A DNA stretch of 64,000 nt, taken from positions 1-64,000 of the IMG/VR virus record IMGVR_UViG_3300028920_000038. One strand, given 5' to 3'. This stretch comes from a virus. Positions 1 to 10,100 of this stretch are shown piece by piece. The notes beneath the pieces are model-generated. The model saw only the letters and a program-made list of their open reading frames with translations, did not search any database and was not told the DNA's origin. Each line of letters opens with the position of its first letter. The first letter of the stretch is position 1. Made by a program: the position numbers and the translations under genes.

Positions 1-2404
1 ATCTATATCCACCTTGGAATATATGAAGTTGAGGTATTGTACCAGTAGTAGTGTCATTATATACTTGACCTATTGGAATTTGAGAATTCTTATTAAGGGA
101 TGCACTTTGTTGATGTCCATATTTTGGAGAACCACTATTATAATCTGCGTAGATATAGTTGGTGCCAGCTTCTAAATATATATTTGAAGATGCTTCTATT
201 TCAGCAAGCCAACCCTCATCAATATCATTAGGTCCTTCCTTTAGATATACAATAGATCTCCCTACATTAATTGCACCTGTACATGCAGCAGTTCTTGTAA
301 TCGCACCTCCAGATAATAAAGTGGCAGCATCCATCAATGAATTATAGAGACAGAGATTATCATAAATAGTATTCCCAATAGAATCCATTTTGACATCATG
401 TGCATGAACTCCTGAGATTGCTTGTGTAGAGATATAAGCAAATGTACCATAACCAGAAGGATGATAAAGTCCTTTAGCATTAGATGAAAAATTAGTATTA
501 GCTAAAGTATTTGATGAAACATTATCAATGTAATTTCTATTAACTTGAGATGAGGCAGTATAGAGGTTTCTTGAATTACTTGAAAATGCTGATAAAGAAG
601 CACCTAAAGATGAACTATAATATAAATTGATTGAATTAGATGAGAAATCCATCAGGCTTTTCCCTAATGAAGAAGGATAATATAAAATCCTAGCATTTGA
701 AGAAAATGAATAATAATCTGTGGCTCCTGACCAAGCTAATCCCGATGATGTAGCTATTAAATCTACATATGCTTTATTAGCTGCAGCTGATGGATAAGTA
801 GGAGTTTTAACTCCAGATATATCAGCTCCATGAACAATAAGTGAGTATCCTTCTCTTAATGTAGTGTTACCACTTAGATAAGATTGACCACTAAATGTAT
901 TAATCCCACCTCCAATCCTACAAAGATTTGCTTCTATAGAATATAAACCAACATCAATATCTTGGTTGGCATTTTCTCCACCTAATTGTAGAAAACCAGG
1001 ATCTGAATCTACATAAGCTTTATTAACTGCGGAGGAAGGATATACAGGTGCAGCTAATCCTGATATTTCATTTCCTATAATAATTATCTGTCCTGAAAAA
1101 TATGATGATCCCGACATTACCTGTAGGGAATATTCTCCTGCATCTGTAGATGCTTTTGGACCAACTCTTATTTCTCCCGGATAATATAATCCATTGGAAG
1201 AATACCAATAATTACCTCCAGTTCCACCAGAAGTTGCGTATCTATTATCTAACCAGCTAGTGAGATTTGAAGAGGGAAAGTGGATATCTGCATTACTACT
1301 ATGTCCTAAATATCCAGTGGCACCAGACCATGATGTCACTTCTTGTGCCTCTAATGTATCTAATCTTCCATCAAATCCTGATGATATAGCTGTGATTTTA
1401 GTCCAATTTACATTTGAAGAATCTGTAAATCTAGATATTGCATTGGAAGATTTTATATAATATTCATGTTCGAATTCGTCATTATCTTCTAAATCATCTA
1501 ATCTACTATCGTGTGCAGAGGATGTTGAATATAAAGATGTAATATCTGAACTAACATTCGATGAGAAACCATAGAATTCACTAGCACCAGACCAAGCAGT
1601 TCCAGATGCACCAATAGGTTCATATATATTATCTAACCAAGCTACTAGACTACTGGATGGGAAATGTATATCTGTATTACCTGAATGACCAGTAAATTCC
1701 GCATAGTTAGATTTTCCTAAGGATGATGGATAAAAATCATCCTGTATGCTATCAAGAGTAAAGTGAATGGTAGAATCTCCTTTATGAGAAGAATAATTTG
1801 AGCTATCAGCAAATCTATCAATTGCATTTGCCGATGTTATATAATTTTCAGATACAAATTCATCCTGTGATTCTAATGAGTCTAATCTAGAATCATGAGA
1901 TGAAGATGTATTAAATAGTGATGTGAGATCATCCTTTACATTGGATGAGAATGAATAGAATTCAGCAGCTCCAGACCAACTACTAGGTTCTTGAGCTTCA
2001 AGAGCATCAATTCTAGAATCGTGAGCTGAAGAAGTACTAAATAGAGATGTTATATCATCTGATACGTTAGATGAAAATCCATAGAAATCTGAGGCTCCAC
2101 TCCAAGCGACATCAGATTCATATGCAGCTCCAGAATTTTGTAACCATTCATATGCAGCAGATCCAGATGAATCTCCACCGGTAACTTGAGCCCATGTTAA
2201 TTCATCTGAAGAATCTTTATATTGTAAATAATAACCATCTGAAGGAGAATTAGAAATTTTTAATTGATATTCTCTTACACCTGAAATAGCACTAGACGGT
2301 AGATATCCTCCATTACCTGATGCTCCTATAATTTGATCAGCATCTACCATTCCTACGAAACCATCATTTTTTGGTTCAATTTTTGCAGTAAGTCCTATTG
2401 GCAT
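1..2404 (-). CDS. Long repetitive Ser/Gly-rich virion (tail fibre/adhesin-like) protein, 3'-partial (runs off window); absent from ORF track
   Basis: Hand translation from ATG at 2404 (MPIGLTAKIEPKNDGFVG...) is open to base 1, about 800 codons. It has repeats WSGAxxFYxFSSN, HDSRLDxLE, HSxNxDIHFPSSxLxxWLDN and ISGxxxPxYPSxAxNKAYVD that are shared with neighbouring genes. Confidence 0.8.
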   Translation of the reverse strand, partial: MPIGLTAKIEPKNDGFVGMVDADQIIGASGNGGYLPSSAISGVREYQLKISNSPSDGYYLQYKDSSDELTWAQVTGGDSSGSAAYEWLQNSGAAYESDVAWSGASDFYGFSSNVSDDITSLFSTSSAHDSRIDALEAQEPSSWSGAAEFYSFSSNVKDDLTSLFNTSSSHDSRLDSLESQDEFVSENYITSANAIDRFADSSNYSSHKGDSTIHFTLDSIQDDFYPSSLGKSNYAEFTGHSGNTDIHFPSSSLVAWLDNIYEPIGASGTAWSGASEFYGFSSNVSSDITSLYSTSSAHDSRLDDLEDNDEFEHEYYIKSSNAISRFTDSSNVNWTKITAISSGFDGRLDTLEAQEVTSWSGATGYLGHSSNADIHFPSSNLTSWLDNRYATSGGTGGNYWYSSNGLYYPGEIRVGPKASTDAGEYSLQVMSGSSYFSGQIIIIGNEISGLAAPVYPSSAVNKAYVDSDPGFLQLGGENANQDIDVGLYSIEANLCRIGGGINTFSGQSYLSGNTTLREGYSLIVHGADISGVKTPTYPSAAANKAYVDLIATSSGLAWSGATDYYSFSSNARILYYPSSLGKSLMDFSSNSINLYYSSSLGASLSAFSSNSRNLYTASSQVNRNYIDNVSSNTLANTNFSSNAKGLYHPSGYGTFAYISTQAISGVHAHDVKMDSIGNTIYDNLCLYNSLMDAATLLSGGAITRTAACTGAINVGRSIVYLKEGPNDIDEGWLAEIEASSNIYLEAGTNYIYADYNSGSPKYGHQQSASLNKNSQIPIGQVYNDTTTGTIPQLHIFQGGYR

Positions 2405-2405
2405 T

Positions 2406-3626
2406 TTAACTTGTCCTTATTGTAATAGATCCAAGGTTTGGATTCTCAGAACGATAAACATAGAAGTATTCAGACCAACTATTTTCATTGGTAACTGTAA
2501 CAGTTTCTGGATCTTCAAACGCAGCTTCAAATCCTGTTCCATTATCATAGAAAGTATAGTCTGTTCCTTTTTCTCCCCATCTCTTTGGGAAACAGAATAA
2601 TAAATATTCTCCTGCTCCTGCAGTTATTTCATTCCAGGTTTGTGTAGAATCATCTGTTATTTCAGATTCTCCCAAACCCTCTACATCTGCTTCGTCATAT
2701 CCACTTGATTTGGAAGTTACTCCATAATATATTTTATTTAATTCTTGTCTAGAAGTATAAGTAGTTAGAGTTGAATTTCCTAAATCATCCAGTGTTGATC
2801 CATACGCTTCATAATTCTCAGTATATCCTGCGCTATTTGTTATAGAAACTGTTTCTTTAGCTTCAAAGGCGCAGGTCATTCCATTAAATCTAAATCCTGT
2901 ACCTCCTGATATTCCTATATAAGTAGTACCACTAGGTAAATCAGTATATGAAGCAGGATAAGCAAATACTAAGTATTCACTAGATCCAGCATTTAAGGAT
3001 ACACTTCTTGTATGGTCATTACTAACAGTTTTATTAGATAGACCAGAAATGTCGCTAGCTGAAAAGCTACTATTTTTATTTAGAACTCCCCATCTAATAT
3101 AGTTTCTGAAATAGATAGCAGTTTCTGTTTTACTATCTGTATCTGTATCACAATTTGCACTTAATCTAAATATTAAGTACTGATCCTTACTGCCTGGATA
3201 ATTAATTCCACCTTCATCGTTAGTTCCATCTGTATAGTCTGGACCTGTCATAGTGCCGACTTTACTATAAGCTGCACCATTTATAGATTTTTGAACCCAA
3301 GCACCATCTGGAGGACCATTATTATAAGTAGCACTATATGACATAGCATCACTAGCTTCCCATTCTCCAGTTCCAATTAGCTGAGTTGTGGATTCTCCAT
3401 CACTAAACGTATTAATGCTAAATTCAAATGTAGCATTATACAATGCAGGTACCCAATTACTTCCGTTCCATTTCAAGACTTCGTCTCTTTCAGGTGAATC
3501 AGAAGTGGTATCTACATCCGTTAATGCATCTATATCTAATGCATCTATATATTTCTTATTTGCAGCTGCTGATGGGTAAGATGGAAGTTTCAGGCCAGAA
3601 ATTTCAGTGGCCTCAAATGTTACCAT
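2406..3626 (-). CDS. Putative virion structural/tail fibre-associated protein (406 aa)
   Basis: N-terminal EISGLKLPSYPSAAANKKYID and VLKWNGSNWVP motifs typical of fibre proteins; internally duplicated C-terminal beta-rich domain (AFEAKETVSITNS / AFEDPETVTVTNE). Confidence 0.6.
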   Translation of the reverse strand: MVTFEATEISGLKLPSYPSAAANKKYIDALDIDALTDVDTTSDSPERDEVLKWNGSNWVPALYNATFEFSINTFSDGESTTQLIGTGEWEASDAMSYSATYNNGPPDGAWVQKSINGAAYSKVGTMTGPDYTDGTNDEGGINYPGSKDQYLIFRLSANCDTDTDSKTETAIYFRNYIRWGVLNKNSSFSASDISGLSNKTVSNDHTRSVSLNAGSSEYLVFAYPASYTDLPSGTTYIGISGGTGFRFNGMTCAFEAKETVSITNSAGYTENYEAYGSTLDDLGNSTLTTYTSRQELNKIYYGVTSKSSGYDEADVEGLGESEITDDSTQTWNEITAGAGEYLLFCFPKRWGEKGTDYTFYDNGTGFEAAFEDPETVTVTNENSWSEYFYVYRSENPNLGSITIRTS

Positions 3627-3635
3627 ATATTACTC

Positions 3636-4388
3636 CTATACTTCAGCACGCCAATTTACAAGTCTATTTCCTAAAGCAGATGTTGATATCCAGAAATTAG
3701 AATTATCTATGTGGCCAATTGCTGTTGCAAAAGTTATCATACCACTTGGAGTTACAAACACTGATGTAGGTCTACTGGATAATCCATGAGCAATAGGATT
3801 ATCTTCAGGAACACTAGCCCATCCTTTAGCTATATTAGCTGTTTGAAGGAATTTAGTTTGTATATTAGAACTATCTGCAAATCTAGCAACTGCATTAGCA
3901 CTAGCAATATATCCAGGAATATCTCCTACGTCATCGTACCAATCGTCACTCACGTCTAATTCAGTACCATCCCAATCTAAATGATCTCCAGCTATTTGAC
4001 TTCCCCTTTCAGTATAAGCAACTGATAGTTTTTGAGATGATTCAGTATACCAATCTTTTGCAGTTTTTGCATTAGATGATATTGTAGAATAACCTAAGAC
4101 TGAAATATTTCCTATACCTGTTCCAGATACTCCAAAAGTTCTTGCTGATAATCCACCTTCTGTAGATATTTCTGACCAAGTTACTCCATTATCTCCTTCT
4201 AGAGAATCTATTCTTGAGTCAATATTGCCAGAAAATGTATCTATCCAGGTTTTATCATAATAATTATTATCAACGTGAGTTACTATAGCTCCAGATAAAT
4301 TATCAACATATGTTTTATTAGTTGCTCCAGAACCATATGTAGGTTGTTTAACTCCTGATATTTCATATGCTATTAAAGGTATTGGCAT
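3636..4388 (-). CDS. Putative tail fibre/adhesin paralogue (250 aa)
   Basis: EISGVKQPTYGSGATNKTYVD motif; C-terminal GWA...IAHGL..P...WRAEV domain paralogous to the C-terminus of 4393-5706. Confidence 0.6.
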   Translation of the reverse strand: MPIPLIAYEISGVKQPTYGSGATNKTYVDNLSGAIVTHVDNNYYDKTWIDTFSGNIDSRIDSLEGDNGVTWSEISTEGGLSARTFGVSGTGIGNISVLGYSTISSNAKTAKDWYTESSQKLSVAYTERGSQIAGDHLDWDGTELDVSDDWYDDVGDIPGYIASANAVARFADSSNIQTKFLQTANIAKGWASVPEDNPIAHGLSSRPTSVFVTPSGMITFATAIGHIDNSNFWISTSALGNRLVNWRAEV

Positions 4389-4392
4389 ATTA

Positions 4393-5706
4393 TTAAACCT
4401 CTACTGTCCATTTAACATTCCAACTGCCATTGGCAGTAATACGTACATATATATTTGTATCATCTGCCTTGGCAGATACACCAAAATGTATTAAATTACT
4501 ACTAGGAACCACCGATACAAATCTCGGAATAGTTCCTAAATTATGAGGAATAGTGTCATCATCTGTTATAGTAGCCCAACCATATTTAATCCCGGAAGGA
4601 CTATAGAGATTATCAAACCATTCCCTTAAATTACTTGATGGAAAGTGTATATCTTTATTGGAAGAATGTGCCCAATATTTTGAAGATCCACTCCACGAAG
4701 TTACATCTTGATCTTCTAGAGAATCTAGACGAGTGTCTATACTCCCTGAAAATGAATCTATCCATGATTTATTATATAAATTTGAACTTAAAGAATATAC
4801 GGTGCTATCAAATATATCTTTAACTTTTTGTCCAGATAAGTATCCTTGCCTGGCTTGTGATGATAGAGTATCATATTTAGTTATGTATATAGCACCAGCA
4901 TCATCATTATAAGATAAGCCACTGGTTACATTTTCACCAACAGCATCTTGTGCTTGTTCGTCAGTATATCCTCCTGCAGCTTCAATACTATCATCTACGT
5001 ATTTCTTAGTTGCAGGTTCATAATCAGCATCCGGTGTGAATGCTGAAGAGTTTTCTTTATTTAAATATTCATAATTTAACCAAGTTACTAAATTAGATGA
5101 TGGATAATGTATATCTTTATTTCCAGAGTGACCTACGTATCCAGATGCACCACTCCAAGCTACGTCAGTTCCAGCTGTTCCACTTTCTTGATATAGAGAA
5201 TCAAATGTAGATTTTTTTGCTAGGTTACCAGAATATCTGTAGCCTGAAATATAGAATGGATATGTATAAGCGGATGGACTTGTATTCATCCAGAATATAC
5301 CAGCTTGATAATCGAATACCGCACCAAGAGTACCCATATCAGCGTCTGATAATTTGTCTCCTGGTCCTCCAGATCCACTCTCGTAGATATTAATAGTATA
5401 TCCTTGACCGCACTTTGGAGGTATCCATCTTCTCCAGTATCCTATTCCAGAACCACTAGCAAACCAAGCTTTTTGACTAGCTACTGTATTATCTTCTATT
5501 AACCATCCGGACTGCATCCAAGCAGTTCCTTCAGATACTGCTGTTGCTGGATCTGAATCTATATCGTCAATCCAAATCTCTTCACCGAGTTGTATATCAA
5601 GATCACCCGCAGTCTCTTCATAATAAGCCTTATCGGTAGAAGTCATTTCTCTACCTTGACTTCCCTTAAAGAGACGGTCTACTTTATCAGCGTCTGTCAG
5701 AGCCAT
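4393..5706 (-). CDS. Putative tail fibre/adhesin paralogue (437 aa)
   Basis: ATKKYVD motif, two WSG...HSxNKDIHxPSSNL repeats, C-terminal GWA...IPHNLG..P...WTVEV domain. Confidence 0.6.
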   Translation of the reverse strand: MALTDADKVDRLFKGSQGREMTSTDKAYYEETAGDLDIQLGEEIWIDDIDSDPATAVSEGTAWMQSGWLIEDNTVASQKAWFASGSGIGYWRRWIPPKCGQGYTINIYESGSGGPGDKLSDADMGTLGAVFDYQAGIFWMNTSPSAYTYPFYISGYRYSGNLAKKSTFDSLYQESGTAGTDVAWSGASGYVGHSGNKDIHYPSSNLVTWLNYEYLNKENSSAFTPDADYEPATKKYVDDSIEAAGGYTDEQAQDAVGENVTSGLSYNDDAGAIYITKYDTLSSQARQGYLSGQKVKDIFDSTVYSLSSNLYNKSWIDSFSGSIDTRLDSLEDQDVTSWSGSSKYWAHSSNKDIHFPSSNLREWFDNLYSPSGIKYGWATITDDDTIPHNLGTIPRFVSVVPSSNLIHFGVSAKADDTNIYVRITANGSWNVKWTVEV

Positions 5707-5708
5707 TC

Positions 5709-7340
5709 TTACCAGTCCACTGCTCTTATTTGAGTTAGAGATTTAGAACTATTTCTTATAGTTACTCTAATTACTATTAAATATCCTGAATCTGCTGTAC
5801 TATTCCCACCAAATGTTGCATACCAATCATCTCCAGATTGAGCAGTTTGGCATCCATCTCCATCGACTCCTGCGAATGTTCCACTATCATAATCAGTACC
5901 TAAGTCTAACCAACCTGTTTGTGTTGGTAATTTAATCTCAACATTAACATCTCCAGTTCCTACTGGATCTACATCTGAATCAGAAAGATTTCCTAATTCT
6001 AATTGTATATTAGTATGAGGAGTTCCTGAATCTCTAAGAACTCTATAATATTCCACAGCAGAAAATCCTGATGAATAATCTGGATTTCCAGCTGGAAGAT
6101 ATCCACTAAAATCTATAGTTGGAAAATATAATCTTCCTCCATAGATTTGACCTGAATTTGCTCCTAAAGTGGAAGTTGAATCCCAAGACCCTGAAACTGT
6201 ATTTGGTACAGTATCATATGATCCTGATGGTAATCTATACCATTCATCATCGAAATATTCATACACATCAGTGGATGTTCCATTAGATCCACTTCTATAT
6301 GTATCTACTAATCTATTTTCAGAAGCCGATAAAGCACTTCCATCGTCATAAGCATTATACGCTAAGCAAGTTATTCTAGCATTAGAATTTCTTGCTGAGT
6401 AATTATTAAGAGTAATAGTATGATCTTTTAATGTTGCAGTTTCTCCAGTTACAGGATAAGAAGATACTCCATTGACATCTCCATGGTCATAGTTAATGTT
6501 TTCAGCTGTATGGGCAGTCATACTTTGTAATCTAAAGATTCTCTCATCAGTTCGATATGCACTCCAGAAACAATGTTGTGAAGAGCATGTTACATCAAAA
6601 GTTGAACCATAGTAATAATGATCTACTCCACTGAGATATTTAGATACTTTAGTATTCTCAGTAATCTTTGGTGTTCCAATTATTTGAACATTTGTAACTG
6701 AATTTGGATCATACCAACATTTATATATATTACTTGATGTAGGTGATGTTATTCCTTCGTGTGATAGATATATCCAATTATATCCAACTACTAAATCTGA
6801 TGCAGTTGTTATGGATATTTGGCCACTACCTATTTGCCATTTTTTGAAATTATTATATTTACTCACATCAGTTACAGTGACATTATCACTGCTTGATGGA
6901 GGATATATTTGTGAACTATTTCTATAATCTTCATTGAATGCATTTGCTAAATTTACTGAACCATTCTGAACCCCATTAATATATGAATTTAATGTGCCCT
7001 CATCAGCTTTATTGAATGATAGGATTCCTAAAGTTATTGAATTGTCATCAGTGATATAACTAACTGAAGCTGTAGGTCCATTTCCAACTTCATAAGTAAT
7101 ATTAGATCCACTCGCTAATCTTCCAGAGTGTAAAGATATATTATCAGATAAATTACCACCTAAAGGATTGGCATCAGAAGGAGCTAGTTCATCTAAGATT
7201 TCATTAATGTCATCTAAAGCATCTGTTGTTTTTGTTGAAGTAGTCCAAGAAAGACATCCATCTGTTAAAGAACCATCATCAGGTGTACCTATCATTAATC
7301 CTGAAACATACTCCAATAGACTTTGGGGTTCTAGGTTCAT
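5709..7340 (-). CDS. Putative virion structural protein (543 aa, S/T/G/N/D-rich, beta-rich)
   Basis: Composition and position in the structural cluster; no recognisable catalytic motif. Confidence 0.5.
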   Translation of the reverse strand: MNLEPQSLLEYVSGLMIGTPDDGSLTDGCLSWTTSTKTTDALDDINEILDELAPSDANPLGGNLSDNISLHSGRLASGSNITYEVGNGPTASVSYITDDNSITLGILSFNKADEGTLNSYINGVQNGSVNLANAFNEDYRNSSQIYPPSSSDNVTVTDVSKYNNFKKWQIGSGQISITTASDLVVGYNWIYLSHEGITSPTSSNIYKCWYDPNSVTNVQIIGTPKITENTKVSKYLSGVDHYYYGSTFDVTCSSQHCFWSAYRTDERIFRLQSMTAHTAENINYDHGDVNGVSSYPVTGETATLKDHTITLNNYSARNSNARITCLAYNAYDDGSALSASENRLVDTYRSGSNGTSTDVYEYFDDEWYRLPSGSYDTVPNTVSGSWDSTSTLGANSGQIYGGRLYFPTIDFSGYLPAGNPDYSSGFSAVEYYRVLRDSGTPHTNIQLELGNLSDSDVDPVGTGDVNVEIKLPTQTGWLDLGTDYDSGTFAGVDGDGCQTAQSGDDWYATFGGNSTADSGYLIVIRVTIRNSSKSLTQIRAVDW

Positions 7341-7514
7341 AATCTAAGAATATCTCAATACTTTTCCTGGAGATTTGGAAACATCAGTCATAGAGATTTC
7401 CCTCTAGTTTGATGTTATATTCTTCATTCCCTAATATTAAAATTCCTTCTAAAGTAAACTTTTCAGCTTTATTACTTGTAGAAGGTAATCCTTCTAAAGA
7501 TTCTATTTCAACTT

Positions 7515-9671
7515 TCATAGTATATCAATTATCCTATATAATTTTCCATCGTACTTAACATAATCTCCAGATTTTAAATCTTCCTTATTTTTTGGTATAG
7601 AATAAGATTGGATAACTTCTTGTCCAGGATCTGAACTTGAAGGAAATTCGATTGAACCTGAAGGTGATGGAATGTCATCTCCAAGTCTTGATATTTCTTC
7701 AACAGTCATTCTTTTAGGTTGGAATGAAGATAGTTTCTCTAGAACTTCTAAAGAATCTGAAGAATCTTTTTCTGGAATAATTTCTAGTGCTCTATTTATA
7801 TATCCTCTATAATAAGGATATCCTTCATTATCATACTTATTTACTTCCTCAGAGGCTACTCGAAGAATATCTCCTTCGTTTGCTTCTATTTTAGTATTGT
7901 CTGTTTTTCCATAATTAAATAGAGTTGAATTTTCTATCTGAACTTTCTTTGGAAGTTTTTCATAATGTTCATTTTCTACTTCTATTCCTAAGAAGTAATT
8001 CCAAACATCATCTTGACCTTTAATTAATTTTTTATCATAAATTTTTGTATCGACTTCATAGTATTTTTTAAGTTTCCCCCATCCTTTATTTTGAGGAGTT
8101 TCGTAGTGATGATCTAATAATTTTACCATAATTCCTTCCGCTATAAAGGAAGGTCTACGTGGAGCATCTAATAATTTTTCTATACAAGTATTAATTTTTT
8201 TGGTATCGGAACCATCTATTATGTAAGCATCTGCATCTATATCAAGATCTTTTGTATATCTTTCTATAAGAATATGATCTGTAGATTCGATTTGTCCAAG
8301 ATATTCTAATCTTTCATGAAGAGGTTGTTTTTGAATATTCTCTCCTTTGAAGTAAAGAATATCGAAAACAAAAACGTAAGCTACTTTACTTAGATTATCT
8401 GGAGAGAAATTAGTTGCATTTAAAAGAGAATTAGCTGTAGTTCTATGAAGTACTTCATTATCTTTAACAGCTATAAATTCGGCATCAAGAATAGTTCCGT
8501 CTGGAAGAGAATCTAACTCTTCGATTATTAAAGGAAGTCTGTCTGATACATCTGGAGATTTTTCTTTTAGAGTATCTGGATCTACATAACAGAAAGGTTT
8601 TCCATCAGCTTTTCCTATGGATAATCTTAACCCATCACATTTTATATCTAATAATAATTTTTCTGAATTCCATTTTGAAGATTTTAATTCATCTTCTATA
8701 GATTCAATTTCATATCTATAATAAGGCTTTGATACAGAATAATATCCTGGTTCCAATTTAGGTTCAGCTTTATCTTCTGTATTTCTTGAGATATGTTTTA
8801 TTCTTTTAACTCCTTTCTTATCTAACTCTATGAATTCTTTTTCCCAGTTAGAAATTTCAAAACTAGGTCTCCATCCATGAGGAGATTCCTTTTCTAATTC
8901 TTTTAATCTACTCCATAGTTTTGGATAATAGAGGAATAATTGAAATGCATCATTCTTAGTTAGATTAGGACAAATCCAACAAGAAGTTGTATTGAATTTT
9001 TCATAAAGAGGATTCATTAAGTTTTTCTTTAATAAATATTTCTCTGAATCTTCTCTAGTCCATCCCCATTCAATTAAGGGATATTTAATCTCATAGTCTA
9101 TTGTTTTATCTTTTATAATTCTATTTTTTTCTTCAGAACCATATCCAATATATGCAATTTGTTTAGAGCAAGCTTTTTGAATAGGATTTACTTTAGCTAT
9201 ACGTTTCCATGCACACATAGCTTGTCCTGGATATGGAAATCCTCTTATCTCTCCTTTTTTATCTCCTTTAATTTTTTTGGTATGAAACCAATTATCAAAA
9301 GAATCTGCAGGAGGAATAATTTCAATTTCTTTCTTAATATGTTTTTCAATCTTTTTTATGTACTCAATAGTTCCAGGTTTTTCTACTCCAGTATCTGCGA
9401 ATATAATTCTATCTATTGGATATTTTTTCTCTATCATATGGAGAAGCATAGCAGTACTTTGAACTCCTCCAGAATAACAAACTATATGTTCTTTGGATCC
9501 TTGATATCCAGAAGCATGAGCAGCTTGACCTTGCTTATCAGCTTTCTTTCTGGCTCTTTCTCTTGATGACGGATCTTTAGGATTATAATAATATTTCTTT
9601 CCTGATTTTCCCCAACGACAAAAATATCCTTTGGAATCTTTTAAACCGCACTTGGTTGGAATATAAATCAC
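7515..9671 (-). CDS. Fusion: small N-terminal basic domain + PAPS-reductase-like PP-loop domain + ATP-dependent DNA ligase nucleotidyltransferase domain
   Basis: aa ~61-290: CYSGGVQS PP-loop, FADTGVE, YIGY, YPL..WGW, SCWICP. aa ~340-540: ligase motifs IKCDG (I), LDAEF (III), FDILY (IIIa), EGIMVK (IV), WGKLKK (V). Confidence 0.85.
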   Translation of the reverse strand: MIYIPTKCGLKDSKGYFCRWGKSGKKYYYNPKDPSSRERARKKADKQGQAAHASGYQGSKEHIVCYSGGVQSTAMLLHMIEKKYPIDRIIFADTGVEKPGTIEYIKKIEKHIKKEIEIIPPADSFDNWFHTKKIKGDKKGEIRGFPYPGQAMCAWKRIAKVNPIQKACSKQIAYIGYGSEEKNRIIKDKTIDYEIKYPLIEWGWTREDSEKYLLKKNLMNPLYEKFNTTSCWICPNLTKNDAFQLFLYYPKLWSRLKELEKESPHGWRPSFEISNWEKEFIELDKKGVKRIKHISRNTEDKAEPKLEPGYYSVSKPYYRYEIESIEDELKSSKWNSEKLLLDIKCDGLRLSIGKADGKPFCYVDPDTLKEKSPDVSDRLPLIIEELDSLPDGTILDAEFIAVKDNEVLHRTTANSLLNATNFSPDNLSKVAYVFVFDILYFKGENIQKQPLHERLEYLGQIESTDHILIERYTKDLDIDADAYIIDGSDTKKINTCIEKLLDAPRRPSFIAEGIMVKLLDHHYETPQNKGWGKLKKYYEVDTKIYDKKLIKGQDDVWNYFLGIEVENEHYEKLPKKVQIENSTLFNYGKTDNTKIEANEGDILRVASEEVNKYDNEGYPYYRGYINRALEIIPEKDSSDSLEVLEKLSSFQPKRMTVEEISRLGDDIPSPSGSIEFPSSSDPGQEVIQSYSIPKNKEDLKSGDYVKYDGKLYRIIDIL

Positions 9672-9673
9672 TC

Positions 9674-9778
9674 CTAAAATATTTTATCCAATAAACCTAG
9701 GGCTTTTAGTGCAGCTAGAACTCCAACTAATGTAAGACAGGACCATCCTACAACTTTCATAAAGTTAGATAATTTCAT
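9674..9778 (-). CDS. Small single-TM protein (34 aa)
   Basis: Hand-read ORF MKLSNFMKVVGWSCLTLVGVLAALKALGLLDKIF filling the gap between neighbours. Confidence 0.5.
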   Translation of the reverse strand: MKLSNFMKVVGWSCLTLVGVLAALKALGLLDKIF

Positions 9779-9791
9779 TTTCTTGAAAATA

Positions 9792-10100
9792 TTATATATT
9801 GACATAGCAACTGAAGTGATCAATTATTTTTCTAGGTTTAAGTTTTAATTTAATATTATTACCAAATAAATCTCTACATCTAAATAATATTCTACCCCAT
9901 GGTTCACTAGAGACACTTGATACGTGATCTCTATATATAACTAATGGGATATCATAGGTTTCGCATTTTACAATAACAAATTCAGAATTTTTAATTTCTT
10001 CCTTTGTTCTTGGCCAAATTAATCTATCATTTACTTCTAGATTACTAAATATCCTGCAATAAGGGCAAGATGTGACCCATAGGGGTTTTTCGAGTTTCAT
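9792..10100 (-). CDS. Hypothetical protein with CPYC motif (possibly HIT-like small protein)
   Basis: CPYC...IVKCET..IPLVIYRDH pattern; ATGA-coupled to the upstream ORF. Confidence 0.45.
   Translation of the reverse strand: MKLEKPLWVTSCPYCRIFSNLEVNDRLIWPRTKEEIKNSEFVIVKCETYDIPLVIYRDHVSSVSSEPWGRILFRCRDLFGNNIKLKLKPRKIIDHFSCYVNI

Noticed and set aside
1-5706. Diversity-generating retroelement acting on the fibre genes
   Set aside because: No reverse transcriptase is in the window, and the repeats differ at all bases rather than only at adenines.
5709-7340. Major capsid protein
   Set aside because: The S/T/G/N-rich beta composition and the lack of HK97-type patterns fit a tail or adhesin-type protein better; not formally excluded without structure prediction.
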